Assembly: GCA_951406725.2 (NCBI GenBank)
Contig: OX597822.1
Coordinates: 30,008,001-30,072,000 of the forward strand
DNA from: Octopus vulgaris
Taxonomy: Eukaryota
Direction: 5' to 3'
Length of the DNA: 64,000 nt
Below are positions 26,751 to 38,150 of the stretch, one piece after another (the first letter of the stretch is position 1; each line of letters opens with the position of its first letter). The position numbers and the translations under genes were made by a program. The notes beneath the pieces are model-generated. The model worked only from the letters and a program-made list of their open reading frames with translations. It had not been told where the DNA came from and searched no databases.

Positions 26751-26812
26751 TATACATATATGTATGTATGTATATTATATTATGTATGTGTGTGTGTGTA
26801 TTTTGTGTGTAT

Positions 26813-27470
26813 ACAGGGGTTGGGCAAAATAATGGAAACACCTAGCATCATTGCACCATAATATTGAAGTAGCTATAAAACCGTTAAAAGCTTGTTTATG
26901 TTTTTGATTTATTATTAGTGTTGTTTAATATGTTTTCCAAAATTGCTGGTTCTTTTCAGATATCATCAGAAAAAAGGTAATTAAAATTTATTAAAATGAC
27001 AGACTTTCAAAGAGATCGGACTTTCAAAGAGATCAATTTGTTGGTGCTCGTATCGCAGGCGTTAGCGTAACGAAAACAGCAGAAATGTTTAGGGTATGAA
27101 GTACTGTCACGTAATGACAGCCTTTGAGAAAGAGGGTGAAACCTCCTCGTCGAAACAAAACTACGGAAGAAAAATCAATACTTTCAGATAGGGACCGTCG
27201 GATTCTTACGCGAATTGTTAGAAAGGATCACAAAAGTACAGCTCCCAAAATTAAAGCAGAGCTTAATGACCACCTCGAGAACCCAGTTTCCACAAAAACT
27301 GTTCGCCGGGAGCTGCACAAAACCGGATTTCACGGGGGTGGGGTGGGGGGTGCTGCAATTAGAAAATCACTACTTTCAAAAACAAACGTGCAAAGTCTTT
27401 AGAGTGGAGTAAAAACCTACAGAACTGGTCCCTGGAGCAGTGGAGGGATGTTATTTTCTCGGACGCGCGT
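26813..27470 (+). mobile_element. Tc1-family DNA transposon, 5' half relic
   Basis: TA-CAGGGGTTGGGCAAAATAATGGAAACAC TIR. Translates as LSDRDRRILTRIVRK..TAPKIKAELN..VSTKTVRRELHKTGF..RKSLLS..WSLEQWRDVIFSD. Confidence 0.85.
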
Positions 27471-27481
27471 TAGATTTCTTG

Positions 27482-27528
<47 letters not shown>

Positions 27529-27575
27529 CATACTTACATAATACACACATATATATATATATATAATATATAATA

Positions 27576-28593
27576 CTAGCAGTATCGCCCGGCGTTGCTC
27601 GGGTTTGTAAGGGAAATAACTATATAAGCATTTTTAGAGAGTTACTTCCTTTATAGATGCCAATTCGGGCTTTCTTAGCCATTTCTGTTTTGGTGTCTTC
27701 AAGCCATGCAGTCGTTGTTCTAAAAGAACGCTGGTCTCCTTGACAACGCATTACGACGTTGATTTCCTTAAACTCCCTTCCCCACAGCTTCACGAGGGAG
27801 GGAAGAAGGAGGAGAAGCAAACAGGTGCAGGTGTGACCATGGACGCCAACTCCGCTGCCATCGACACACGAAAATTATGCATTAAAATGAAATAAAAAAT
27901 GATGGTAAATTATTTTTAAAATCGTAGACTCATCGTAGACGCGCGCTAATACTCAGACGGGCTTGATATGAATCACGACTATAAGATACCCGAATTTGGT
28001 TAAACTGCACCGCGAAATGTGGGAGGAGTTAGGAATCTAAATCGAAGGTGACAGACACTCACACAACTAGAGTTTTATATATATAGACTAGCAGTATCGC
28101 CCGGCGTTGCTCGGGTTTGTAAGGGAAATAACTATATAAGCATTTTTAGAGAGTTACTTCCCTTATAAATTCGGGCTTTCTTAGCCATTTTTGTTTTGGT
28201 GTCTTCAAGCCATGAAGTTGTTGTTCTAAAAGAACGCTGGTTTCCTTCACAACGCATTACGACGTTGATTTCTTTACACTCCCTTCCCCACAGCTACACG
28301 AGGGAGGGAAGGGGGAGAAGCAAACAGGTGCAGGTGTGACCATGGACGCCAACTCCGCCGCCATCGACACACGATGCATTTTATGCATTAAAATGGAATA
28401 AAAAATGATGGTAAATTATTTTTAAAATCGTAGACTCATCGTTGACGCGCGCTAATAGTCAGACGGGCTCGATATGAATCACGACTATAAGATACCCGAA
28501 TTTGGTTAAACTGCACCGCAAAATGTGGGAGGAGTTAGGAATCTAAATCGAAGGGGACAGACACTCACACAACTAGAGTTTTATATATATAGA
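27576..28593 (-). mobile_element. Head-to-tail dimer of a ~510-bp non-autonomous Helitron
   Basis: Units are 27576..28087 and 28088..28593. Each reads 5'-TCTATATATATAAAACTC..CCCGAGCAACGCCGGG hairpin..CTAG-3' on the minus strand. Outer flanks are A|TC and CTAG|T. Confidence 0.85.
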
Positions 28594-28597
28594 TATA

Positions 28598-28776
<179 letters not shown>

Positions 28777-29529
28777 TGCAATGTAAATCCAAAGGCATAC
28801 CTGCAATTAAAATCATGCAGACACATACACAATTATACACAACTCACGCACACAATATATATATATCCGCACACAATTTTTTCTATTTATTTCTCCTAGT
28901 TGATTCAAGCAAGAAGATAATTCTGTTTTATTTGCGAAAAAAGAAAAAAAAAAGGGGGGGGATCTAAGTGTGATGTTTGGCTGGTAGTAAACTTTCGATA
29001 TGTTTGTAATTATTACCATATCATTTTTTTTTTTCAAAATTCAGCACGAGGCTAGTATTCTCATAAGGTGGTGGTTACTCGATTGAGTCGACCTCGGTAC
29101 TTGACTGTTACTCTATCTTATCGACTCCAAACACACGAAAGTTAATGTTGAGTTCGGTGGGATTTGAACTTAGAACGTAAGGATCGAAAAGAAATACGGC
29201 TAAATATTTTTGCCGATCTGCTACCGATTCGGCCATGTATATGCTAATCAAACGAAAACCAAAGATGCTTGAAACAGCCAGCAATGTATCATGGATATTT
29301 AAATGTAAACACATCAACACACCATTGAAAGGTAATGATATCGTCCATTGATAGCATCTCTTTTGGATGTGCTGTATTAACAACTCTCATTGACGAGTGC
29401 CTCAGTAAATTATATTTCACCGGTTTATTTATATGTTAATTGCACATAACGAAAAGTTCGACAACTATGTTAGTAGAATAGAATTCTCTCCCTTGAACCA
29501 TTTGTTATTCAATATTTAATTACATAATA

Positions 29530-30570
29530 GCGGCGAGCTGGCAGAATCGTTAGCACGCAGGTCTTCCTTTACGTTCTGAGTTCAAATTCCACCGAGGTTG
29601 ACTTTGTCTTTCTTTAAAGGCGGCGAGCTGGCAGAAACGTTAGCATACCGAGCGAAATGCGTAGCCGTATTTCGTCTGCCGGTACGTTCTGAGTTCAAAT
29701 TCCGCCGAGGTCGACTTTGCCTTTCATCCTTTCGGGGTCGATAAATTAAGTACCAGTTATGCACTGGGGTCAATGTAATCGACTTAGTCCGTTTGTCTGT
29801 CCTTGTTTGTCCCTTCTGCATTTAGCCCCTTGTGGGTAGTAAAGAAATAGGTATTTCGTCTGCCGCTACGTTCTGAGTTCAAATTCCGCCGAGGTCGACT
29901 TTGCCTTTCATCCTTTCGGGGTCGATAAATTAAGTACCAGTTATGCACTGAGGTCGATGTAATCGACTTAGTCAGTTTGTCTGTCCTTGTTTGTCCCTTC
30001 TGCGTTTAGCCCCTTGTGGGTAGTAAAGAAATAGGTATTTCGTCTGCCGCTACGTTCTGAGTTCAAATTCCGCCGAGGTCGACTTTGCCTTTCATCCTTT
30101 CGGTGTCGATAAATTAAGTACCAGTTACGCACTGGGGTCGATGTAATCGACTTAGTCAGTTTGTCTGTCCTTGTTTTTCCTCTCCCTGTTTAGCCCCTTG
30201 TGGGTAGTAAAGAAATAGGTATTTCATCAGTGTTTACGTTCTGAGTGCAAATTCCGCCGAGGTCGACTTTGCCTTTCATCCTTTCGGGGTCGATAAATTA
30301 AGTACCAGTTACGCACTGGGGTCGATGTAATCGACTTAGTCCGCTTGTCTGTCCTTGTTTTTCCTCTCCCTGTTTAGCCCCTTGTGGGTAGTAAAGAAAT
30401 AGGTATTTCATCAGTGTTTACGTTCTGAGTGCAAATTCCGCCGAGGTAGACTTTGCCTTTCATCCTTTCGGGGTCGATAACTCAAGTATCAGATGCGTAC
30501 TGGGGTTGATCTAATCGACCGGCATCACCCCCCAAAATTTCGGTTCTTGTGCCTAGAGTAGAAAAGAATA
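29530..30570 (+). mobile_element. Tandem multimer of a Meta-domain-like SINE with a 184-bp period
   Basis: GTATTTC unit starts are at 29667, 29851, 30035, 30219 and 30403. Only the first unit has the A-box head. Confidence 0.9.
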
Positions 30571-30898
30571 TTTACTTACATAAATAAGCTCACAAACGTA
30601 TATGCATACGTGCATCACACACACACACACAAATAAATATGGCGGATGATTGTATCCGTTTTGCCAACTAGAAGTGGGGAAGTGAAGCAATGGGAGCGAA
30701 TCTGACATCACAAAGTCCCCCCCCCCAAAAAAAAAGTATACACACTTCAGGAAAGGAAAAATGTGCATAAATATTTAACTTGTATATATTTCTCCATAAA
30801 TATAGATTCCTCTCTCTTTGTTTTATCGAATAACACTGAATAAAAATATTTATACAGGTTTTTCCTCTCTTTAAGTGTGTATACGAATTTTTCAGCGG

Positions 30899-31280
30899 AC
30901 TATATATAATTATATAAAATCCGTTCTGTCTGTCTGTGTGTGTGTCTTCTAGGATCTCGGGCATCCTCCATCCGATTGCGCTCAAATTCGAGATATAGAT
31001 ACCGAAGGTATCAGGGCGTGTATATGTCTTGAAAAAAACTACAAAAATCGATTCCAGGTGAGAATGCGATCGATAAAGTCGTGGGAACGTGCATTTGCAC
31101 GCGCAAGTACATCAGCTGTTGCGATCGATACTACGCGTACGCGAGAAAAATGCACGTGCAATTTGCGCAAAAAAAGCCGGCTGGCTTGAAATAATGCCAC
31201 AAAATGCAGTATATTTAAGAGATCAATAAAGTTAAATATGTGACAACTCAGCACCGTCCATTGGACGGGGGTAGTTTTGC
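30899..31280 (+). mobile_element. Possible Helitron-like 5' segment
   Basis: CTATATATAA..TATATAAAATCCGTTCTGTCTGTCTGTGTG..CCGATTGCGCTCAAATTC resembles non-autonomous Helitron 5' ends; no 3' CTAG end was found. Confidence 0.4.
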
Positions 31281-31339
31281 TCATATTCAATATAGACATT
31301 CGTATAGGGTGTAAAGATTACCAGCAATACGTCATTAAA

Positions 31340-31595
31340 AATGGATGAAAGGTCCTTCCGCGCATATAAGCCCATAAGACCAGTTTCCCAGATTCTGTGG
31401 CGTATACATTCAACCCCTTTGACAGGACTGCGGTCTGTCGCAGGATTATTCATTTTCGCCAACTGAGTGGACTCGAGCAACGTGAAATGGAGTGTTTTGC
31501 TCAAGAATATAACGCATTACCCAGTTCAGGAATCGAAACTGCAATATCAAGTTCATGAGTTTAGCACCCTTAACTACTAAACTATGCACCTCCAC
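31340..31595 (-). mobile_element. Degraded CORE-type tRNA SINE
   Basis: Minus strand reads GTGGAGGTGCATAGTTTAGTAGTTAAGGGTG..TTCGATTCC..CTTGAGCAAAACACT; related to 48962..49210. Confidence 0.65.
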
Positions 31596-32226
31596 GCCGA
31601 TACGAAGGGAATGGGGTAATTTTTTAAAATTTCACATACGAATGTCTGAATGAGATGTATCACAAATATTTGTGATATATCGTAGAATATCACAGATAAT
31701 GTAAATGGCTAAGTACATCGCAAATATTTGAATCCTTGACTTCAGTAATCGACATGTAGAGTCAAGTATGACACCGTGTAGAACAATGCTACATTTACAA
31801 ACCAAAAAGAAAATTATCATGATTCAGTTAGAAAAGTTTGGGATTGAAGCTACGACCTTTCGCAGTGTCTTTAAACTGATGGTGGTTGGAAATATAGTAT
31901 CGAGTTTTGTTCAAGTCTAGGGACCTGGTCCTCATGTTTAAAACAGAATGAATTTTATTAAAGATCTCCAAGAACCAAGTGGTTCTGTTCAACTGGGTCA
32001 GAGATAGGTGTACTGCTACCACCTAAAAGCAGTTAAAAGTCGCTCTGGTGGGTGTCAGTACAGTTCTCCTTCACTCAATATCAATCAGTGGGTTATGTTC
32101 GATTGGAGCCGGTGTCAGATTCAATAAAGCGAGAGGCAAAATGCTTTACGTAATTTGTCCTGGCTCTCTGCGCTCCGAGTTCAAATCTTACCAAAGTTAG
32201 CCTTGCCTTTCATCCTTTCAGTGGCA

Positions 32227-32294
<68 letters not shown>

Positions 32295-32296
<2 letters not shown>

Positions 32297-32849
32297 CCCT
32301 GATGCAGTACCAGGCATTGGTTCTCATGGCTTCTGATCTTAACTGATTGGAAGTGTTATCATGTACATTGTTTTGTCTTGCTATAAAAGATGGGCTACAG
32401 CAAATATTCTGCTCAATACCACAGATTTGCTTGTCAGTTGTTTGACCTTAACCAATTGAGCATGTCCCTTAGTGGCTGACGATATCTGCATCTCTGATCA
32501 CGAGCAGAAGTAGTGGGGGAGCATCATAGCCATGTGTTGAGAGGGATTCTTTGAGGTTTGAATAATTCACCTCTGGAAACATGGGTGGTTCTTTCAACAT
32601 CCTTAAACAACCCTTACTCAGGGACCTTTTGAGCAGGATGGGTTACTCGACCAGAAGAAAATTCTAACTGGGCCCCACCTACAAGGTCATGCGCTGTTTA
32701 TCTTGATATGAGATCACCATGTCGCGCACATATGGCAGTGATGCATGTGCCTAGTGTACCCTTAGCAGACGGGTAGTCATGATGGGTATACTGGGCTTCG
32801 TATATTTTACCCCAGTGTCACTTTGATGACATGCATTGCTCTCTCACTC
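32295..32849 (+). mobile_element. (TAA)n-associated non-coding retroposon, longest copy (~555 bp)
   Basis: Flanked by (AAT)n on both sides; matches 1001..1503. Confidence 0.8.
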
Positions 32850-32891
<42 letters not shown>

Positions 32892-32929
32892 GATAATAAT
32901 AATAATAATAATATTCTGCAACACATTTG

Positions 32930-33225
32930 ATAAAACAACGGACTATCACATTTCGAGTAGTCCTGTGCTAGCACGAAACGAATGTAGAAGTCGCTACGAT
33001 TGCGTAGGACAATATTTCCCCCGGAAAATATGTTAACACTACAAAATCGATACTCCTGCTAAATGGTATGAACACCATCCTGAGTCAGTGTTTGAAGACA
33101 AAATGTCATCATCTTCTTGGAATTTCCTGTCAACACTGAGGCTAATCGAGCCTAACAATCAAAGCTAATCGACCAGACATAATTGTAAAGACAGGGAAGA
33201 AAATACTTGTAGATTCATAGATGCA
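32930..33225 (+). pseudogene. Old R4/Dong-like REL-domain fragment
   Basis: Reading across stops and frameshifts gives HISSSPVLARNECRSRYDCVGQY..KWYEHHPE..IKANRPDIIVKDREENTCRFID. Confidence 0.7.
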
Positions 33226-33631
33226 AGAGCATGTATCCCTGCCTTGTAAAATTCTGTTGACTGTTCTTTGAGCCACTTCTTCACTACAGTTTTCACTTCC
33301 TCGTCACTGGAAAAATGTTTGCCTCTCAAACCCTCTTTCATGGGGCCGAAGAAATGATAGTCTGAAGGCGCTAAATTATTCCAGTGATTTGGAAGTGAAA
33401 ACTGTAGTGAAGAAGTGGCTCAAAGAACAGTCAACAGAATTTTACGGGGCAGGGATACATGCTCTCATTCGAAGGTAGAATATTGCTATTGAAAGAAACG
33501 GTGACTATGTTGAGAAGTGGGGATATGATCCACAGAGAACCAGTTTCATTTTGATGCATGATACATGTTCCTGTGTTGCTAATTATACCTGTCCTAAACA
33601 AACTGGCATTACTTTTTGACTCACCCTCGTA
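33226..33631 (+). mobile_element. Mariner 3' fragment with an internal inverted duplication
   Basis: Minus strand encodes LAPSDYHFFGPMKEGLRGKHFSSDEEVK. Plus strand encodes EVKTVVKKWLKEQSTEFYGAGIHAL..NGDYVEK. TIR ..TTACTTTTTGACTCACCCTCG-TA. Confidence 0.8.
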
Positions 33632-33810
33632 TAATGTCTCTATTTTAACATTATCCAATACAGGTTTCTTTTTTGTTTGTTTGTTTTTTCTTTTCAAGAC
33701 AGTAAGATGTGAATCGAGAAAGAGAGAGACTTATCTGATATTCCTAGCATATCTATCAACTATGCAGGGAGCTCCCTTGCTGACTTTAAATTTCCTATTA
33801 TTGCTCTAGT

Positions 33811-33978
33811 AGGCGCAGGCGTGGTTGTGTGGTAAGAAACTTGCTTCTGAACCACATGGTTTCAGGTTCAGTCCCACTGCATGTCACCTCAGGCAAGTGT
33901 CTTCTACTGTAGCTTCGGGTCGACCAAAACCTTGCGAGTGGATTTGGTAGACGAAAACTGAAAGAAGCTCGTCGTATG

Positions 33979-34039
<61 letters not shown>

Positions 34040-34265
34040 CTGTGTGTGTGTGTGTTTGTGTGTCTGTGTTTGTCCCCCCCTCACTATCGGTTGACAGCCG
34101 ATGTCGGTGTGTTTACGTCCCCGTAACTTAGCGGTTCGGCAAAAGAGACCGATAGAGTAAGTACTAGGCTTACAAAGAATAAGTCCTAGGGTCGAAGTGT
34201 TCGACTAAAGGCGGTGTTTCAACATGGCCGCAGTCAAATGACTGAAACAAGTAAAAGACTAAAAG
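33811..34265 (+). mobile_element. CORE-type SINE (OK-like), full length, ~270 bp upstream of the first in-frame ATG of the gene
   Basis: Same head and tail as 23161..23590. Confidence 0.85.
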
Positions 34266-34537
34266 ACTTATGATTAATGTGTGTCTTATTAATTTTTACA
34301 CAAAGTTTTCTGGAAAGATCTTACTGCTCAAGTACTGTTATACAATTCACGATTTAATCAAGAAAAAATTGCAATCATTTATCACGTGCTACTGCTTCAT
34401 TTATCCGTTCGATTTAAACAAAAATTAAAACTAAACAATTCCAAAGCATGATGGAATGATTTGAAATAAAAGTAAGCGAATGAGAACATTATCACAAAGT
34501 GACTCTTATTTATCTTTTGTGACTAGAGACTGTTTCT

Positions 34538-35923
34538 ATGACGTTTTACACAAATATTCCTTTCTATGACACATTGGGTTTTGTTTGTTTTTACCATGGC
34601 ATGCCATTTAATTTTCGAAACGTTTTCATAATGGCAAGAACTTCACATTCTGAAAAGGAATTGTTCACTCGTTTAAGAAGTTCTTCACCAAGCAGACTTT
34701 CGTTTCAAGGCATATTCTCGGAAATAAAATCGGGGAAGGTCTTAGGTTATCAACTCCAAGTGAAGATAGAACACGAGCAATTAACAATTATATCTTATTC
34801 CATAGAAGGTCGTACTAAAGCAGAAACTATTCCACTATCGCATGTTTGCCTGGATATCTTTGACGAAGAGACACGAAGATTTTGTATACATTTTAGAAAT
34901 GGTGGATTAAGAGTATTTCAATTGTGTGTCAATAAATCAAAGTCTCCACATTATACCTGGCGAGATCTAGTCACTGTTATAAGATACCTTTCCGTCCGTA
35001 AGGTGAAACCCTTGGTTGGCAAATCTGTTGAACTTTCAACTCGTATTACTTGCTCGGAAACAGCACCGGGAGCGCTTTTCTCTCGTCATCATATTGATCA
35101 AAATATTATATTTGAATATTTTTTCGTCGAACTTAATCTCAAAGGTATAGGAATTAATCAGTTGTACCTTGGTCTCACAGACGAGTTTTTTCTTACAGCA
35201 TCGCAGACTTTGAATTACTTGACACTGCAAGAACAAATTCCTTTACAAAATATCACAATTTTTATAATAAGCCATTCTTTTCGAAGAATAGGTGTTTTTA
35301 TAAAAAACAACACTTTCAGAATATTCGAAATGTGTAATTTTAGTGAAAAAGACAAAAACCTGATATACTGGAATAAGCTCGTTGATATAATAAACTTAAA
35401 AGATCAAGACGCACCAAACATTAAACACACATGTTCGGATAAATCTTTATTAACCACTATCCATTCTAAAGATTCAGGTGTAAACACAGACGGAAATAAT
35501 AACGTCTATTTCGGTGACTCAGAAGACCAACCAGATATTGATTTATTAACAGATATTCAATACCTATTTGAACTGCGAGAGGATGAAAGGTACTCTGCAA
35601 CGTTTACCGATAAAAAGCCGCAATATTTTGTTGGCGCTTTTTGGAATACGTCACACGAAGCGACTCGCAATTCTCTGTTGCGTAAATGGGCCTCCTGCCC
35701 AGAAATTCACAAATGTGCTCCAGTGTCAAGAAATATTGTTGAAATGGTGCCTAGTATAACAAAATCATCTTCTTTTACATTTATAGGCAGTGACAACGAA
35801 AACTTGAATCTTTGCATTCAATGTTCCTACGATGAATTTGTCGACGAAATCAACGATAACACCCTGTTGGCCTTGAGTAGAAAGATCATGCTAGTGCAAG
35901 GTTATAAAAAGGATATTAAAAAG
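34538..35923 (+). CDS. Coding exon 1: two PH-like/GARIN(FAM71)-like repeats plus linker
   Basis: 468-aa non-repeat ORF; phase-0 donor AAG|GTAAAT at 35924. The start may be ATG 34538, 34597 region or 34631 (MARTS). Confidence 0.8.
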
Positions 35924-36706
35924 GTAAATACCTGTTCATATTAATTTTATTCCGTTCAGTTTTCTGCACCCTTAACATGGTCCCACTGTTTATTCCAGCA
36001 ACTGGGGGTAAGAGGAGGGTGACCCCCTTCGGTCATGAATGACCATGGGATTACACCTAGAAAGTTACTCTCCGAGGCACAAATCCGGGTTAGGCTGTTT
36101 ATGGAAGACTAGCAGTCGCCCATACATATCAGTCTCAGTTCTCCATGCCACTGATGTTGTCCAAGGCAAAAGCAAAGGGGCCGATACAGCTTAGCACCAG
36201 TGACGTCGCAACTCATTTCTACAGCTGAGTCAACTGGGGCAACGTGAAATAAAGTGTCTTGCTCAAGAACATAACACGCAGTCCGGTGCGGGAATCGAAC
36301 TCACAACCTCACGATCGTAAGCTTTAACCACTGAGCCATGTGCCTTCACTCCAGCAACTACACCTTACTCTAAAGATTAGCATCTAGCTCCTTTCTCCAC
36401 CAGTAATTCCACAAACCACGCTTGGCATTTATCTTTTTTCATGTTATTACATAATAATTTCATGTTATTACATAATAATTTCATGTTATTACATAACTGA
36501 CTTCACAGTTTGAGTATTCATAACTTATTGGGAATTCTTAAAAACAAAACCCTGTGTAAGACAGTTCGGTATTCTCAATAAATGCGCAAAAACCGTTTTA
36601 AGGGCTACATACTTTGTATTGTTGTTATTGGATTAGCGAAACAATTATGAGAACGGAAACCAAAGGATAAGCCCCGCTTTCCCGGGAATTCCCGGGTACG
36701 TCAGCT

Positions 36707-36741
<35 letters not shown>

Positions 36742-38066
36742 GCACGCACACACACACACACACACATACATACATACATACATACATACATACATACATA
36801 CATACATACATACATACCAATTAGAGGCAAAAGACCTATTCGCATTTCAAGTTTTAATAGCTCAAACAAAATACACACGTAAAGCGTTCCTTCGTCAAAA
36901 TACGACTCCTCAGGTTCTATTATCTGTTGTCATCGTTTTGCTAAATACTCATTTCACGTTTATACAACTTTGCTGGATTAGAGGCAAAACAATTCCTACA
37001 CCCGTTTATCAACCTCGTCTACACTCTCAAATCTCAGTCCGTGCATGAAATGAGCCATAACTCGGAAAGGGCGGTAATCTGATGGTGCAAAGTTTGGACT
37101 GTTGGCAAGACGAAGCAGTTCTTTCTGCCCCTCATGTTCCTCAAGTTTGCACTTGATGCACTGTGTCCCATTGAGTCCCATTGGTAGTAGTGTGTGTTGG
37201 AATAGTGTCATACTGTACAGTGCATGTATTCGATTGACCAATGCGGTGTAGCGCTGCAGTAGTTGAGTATATAGGTTAGCGTGGCCATCTGGGACAAGCT
37301 CAAAGTGCAACACCTCAAAATTCCACCAAACATAACCTTCTGTTCAAGCTACCTTTGTTTGACAATAGATTCTGAAGCCTGGTTGCAATGAAACCATTGA
37401 TTTCTTTTATTAGAATCACAAAGAAAGATCCATCTTTCATATGCCAGTTACAATTCGATGCCAAACCGAGCAAATCGAGGATTTGTTAGCTGTTGTTTGC
37501 AAATGGTCACACGTCGTTGAGTCTGGTCACTGAGTCTGGTCATTGAGTCTAGTCATTGTTCAAACGTTGAACACGTCGTTGAGTTTGGTTGTTGAGCCTG
37601 TTCTTTGTTCAAAAGGCCCATCTTATGGAAGCGTTGATTGATCGTGCTTTGTGAATGACCAAGTTCTGACGACAATGTGCGAGTGCTTGTGCTAGGCTTT
37701 TGTTCAGCCGTGTCAAATAAGGCTCATCTTACGCAACAGAAAGTCTTCTTGATCGTGATTCAGACTGACATTTCTTGAAACTAGTTTTGTGTCACACGCT
37801 CCTTGACAGTTCCCGGCCCATGCACATCATTAACTTCTTTTGCAGCTATCCTTGCACTCAAGCTTTTCCATCACTGACAGCGTAAAATTGGCTCTAATTG
37901 CAATTTTTCACAACTCTTTATCAATAGTTTAAAATAAAGCATAAACAACTCAGCAACGATTAGACAAGCGGGTATGTCAAATTAACGATATGATATGATT
38001 ATGCAAGTTGTCAAAAATCAACAGCTAAAATCCGGAAAACTTTTGACACACACACACACACACACA

Positions 38067-38150
<84 letters not shown>

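Noticed and set aside
29667-30570. Regular array that might suggest a CRISPR
   Set aside because: The units are whole 184-bp SINE bodies with no unique spacers, there are no cas genes, and the context is eukaryotic.
35924-35944. Treating ORFs 34538..35944 and 56441..58891 as single-exon genes
   Set aside because: Both have good donors shortly before their stops, the second runs into a (CA)n repeat, and the RasGEF motifs continue across flanking exons.
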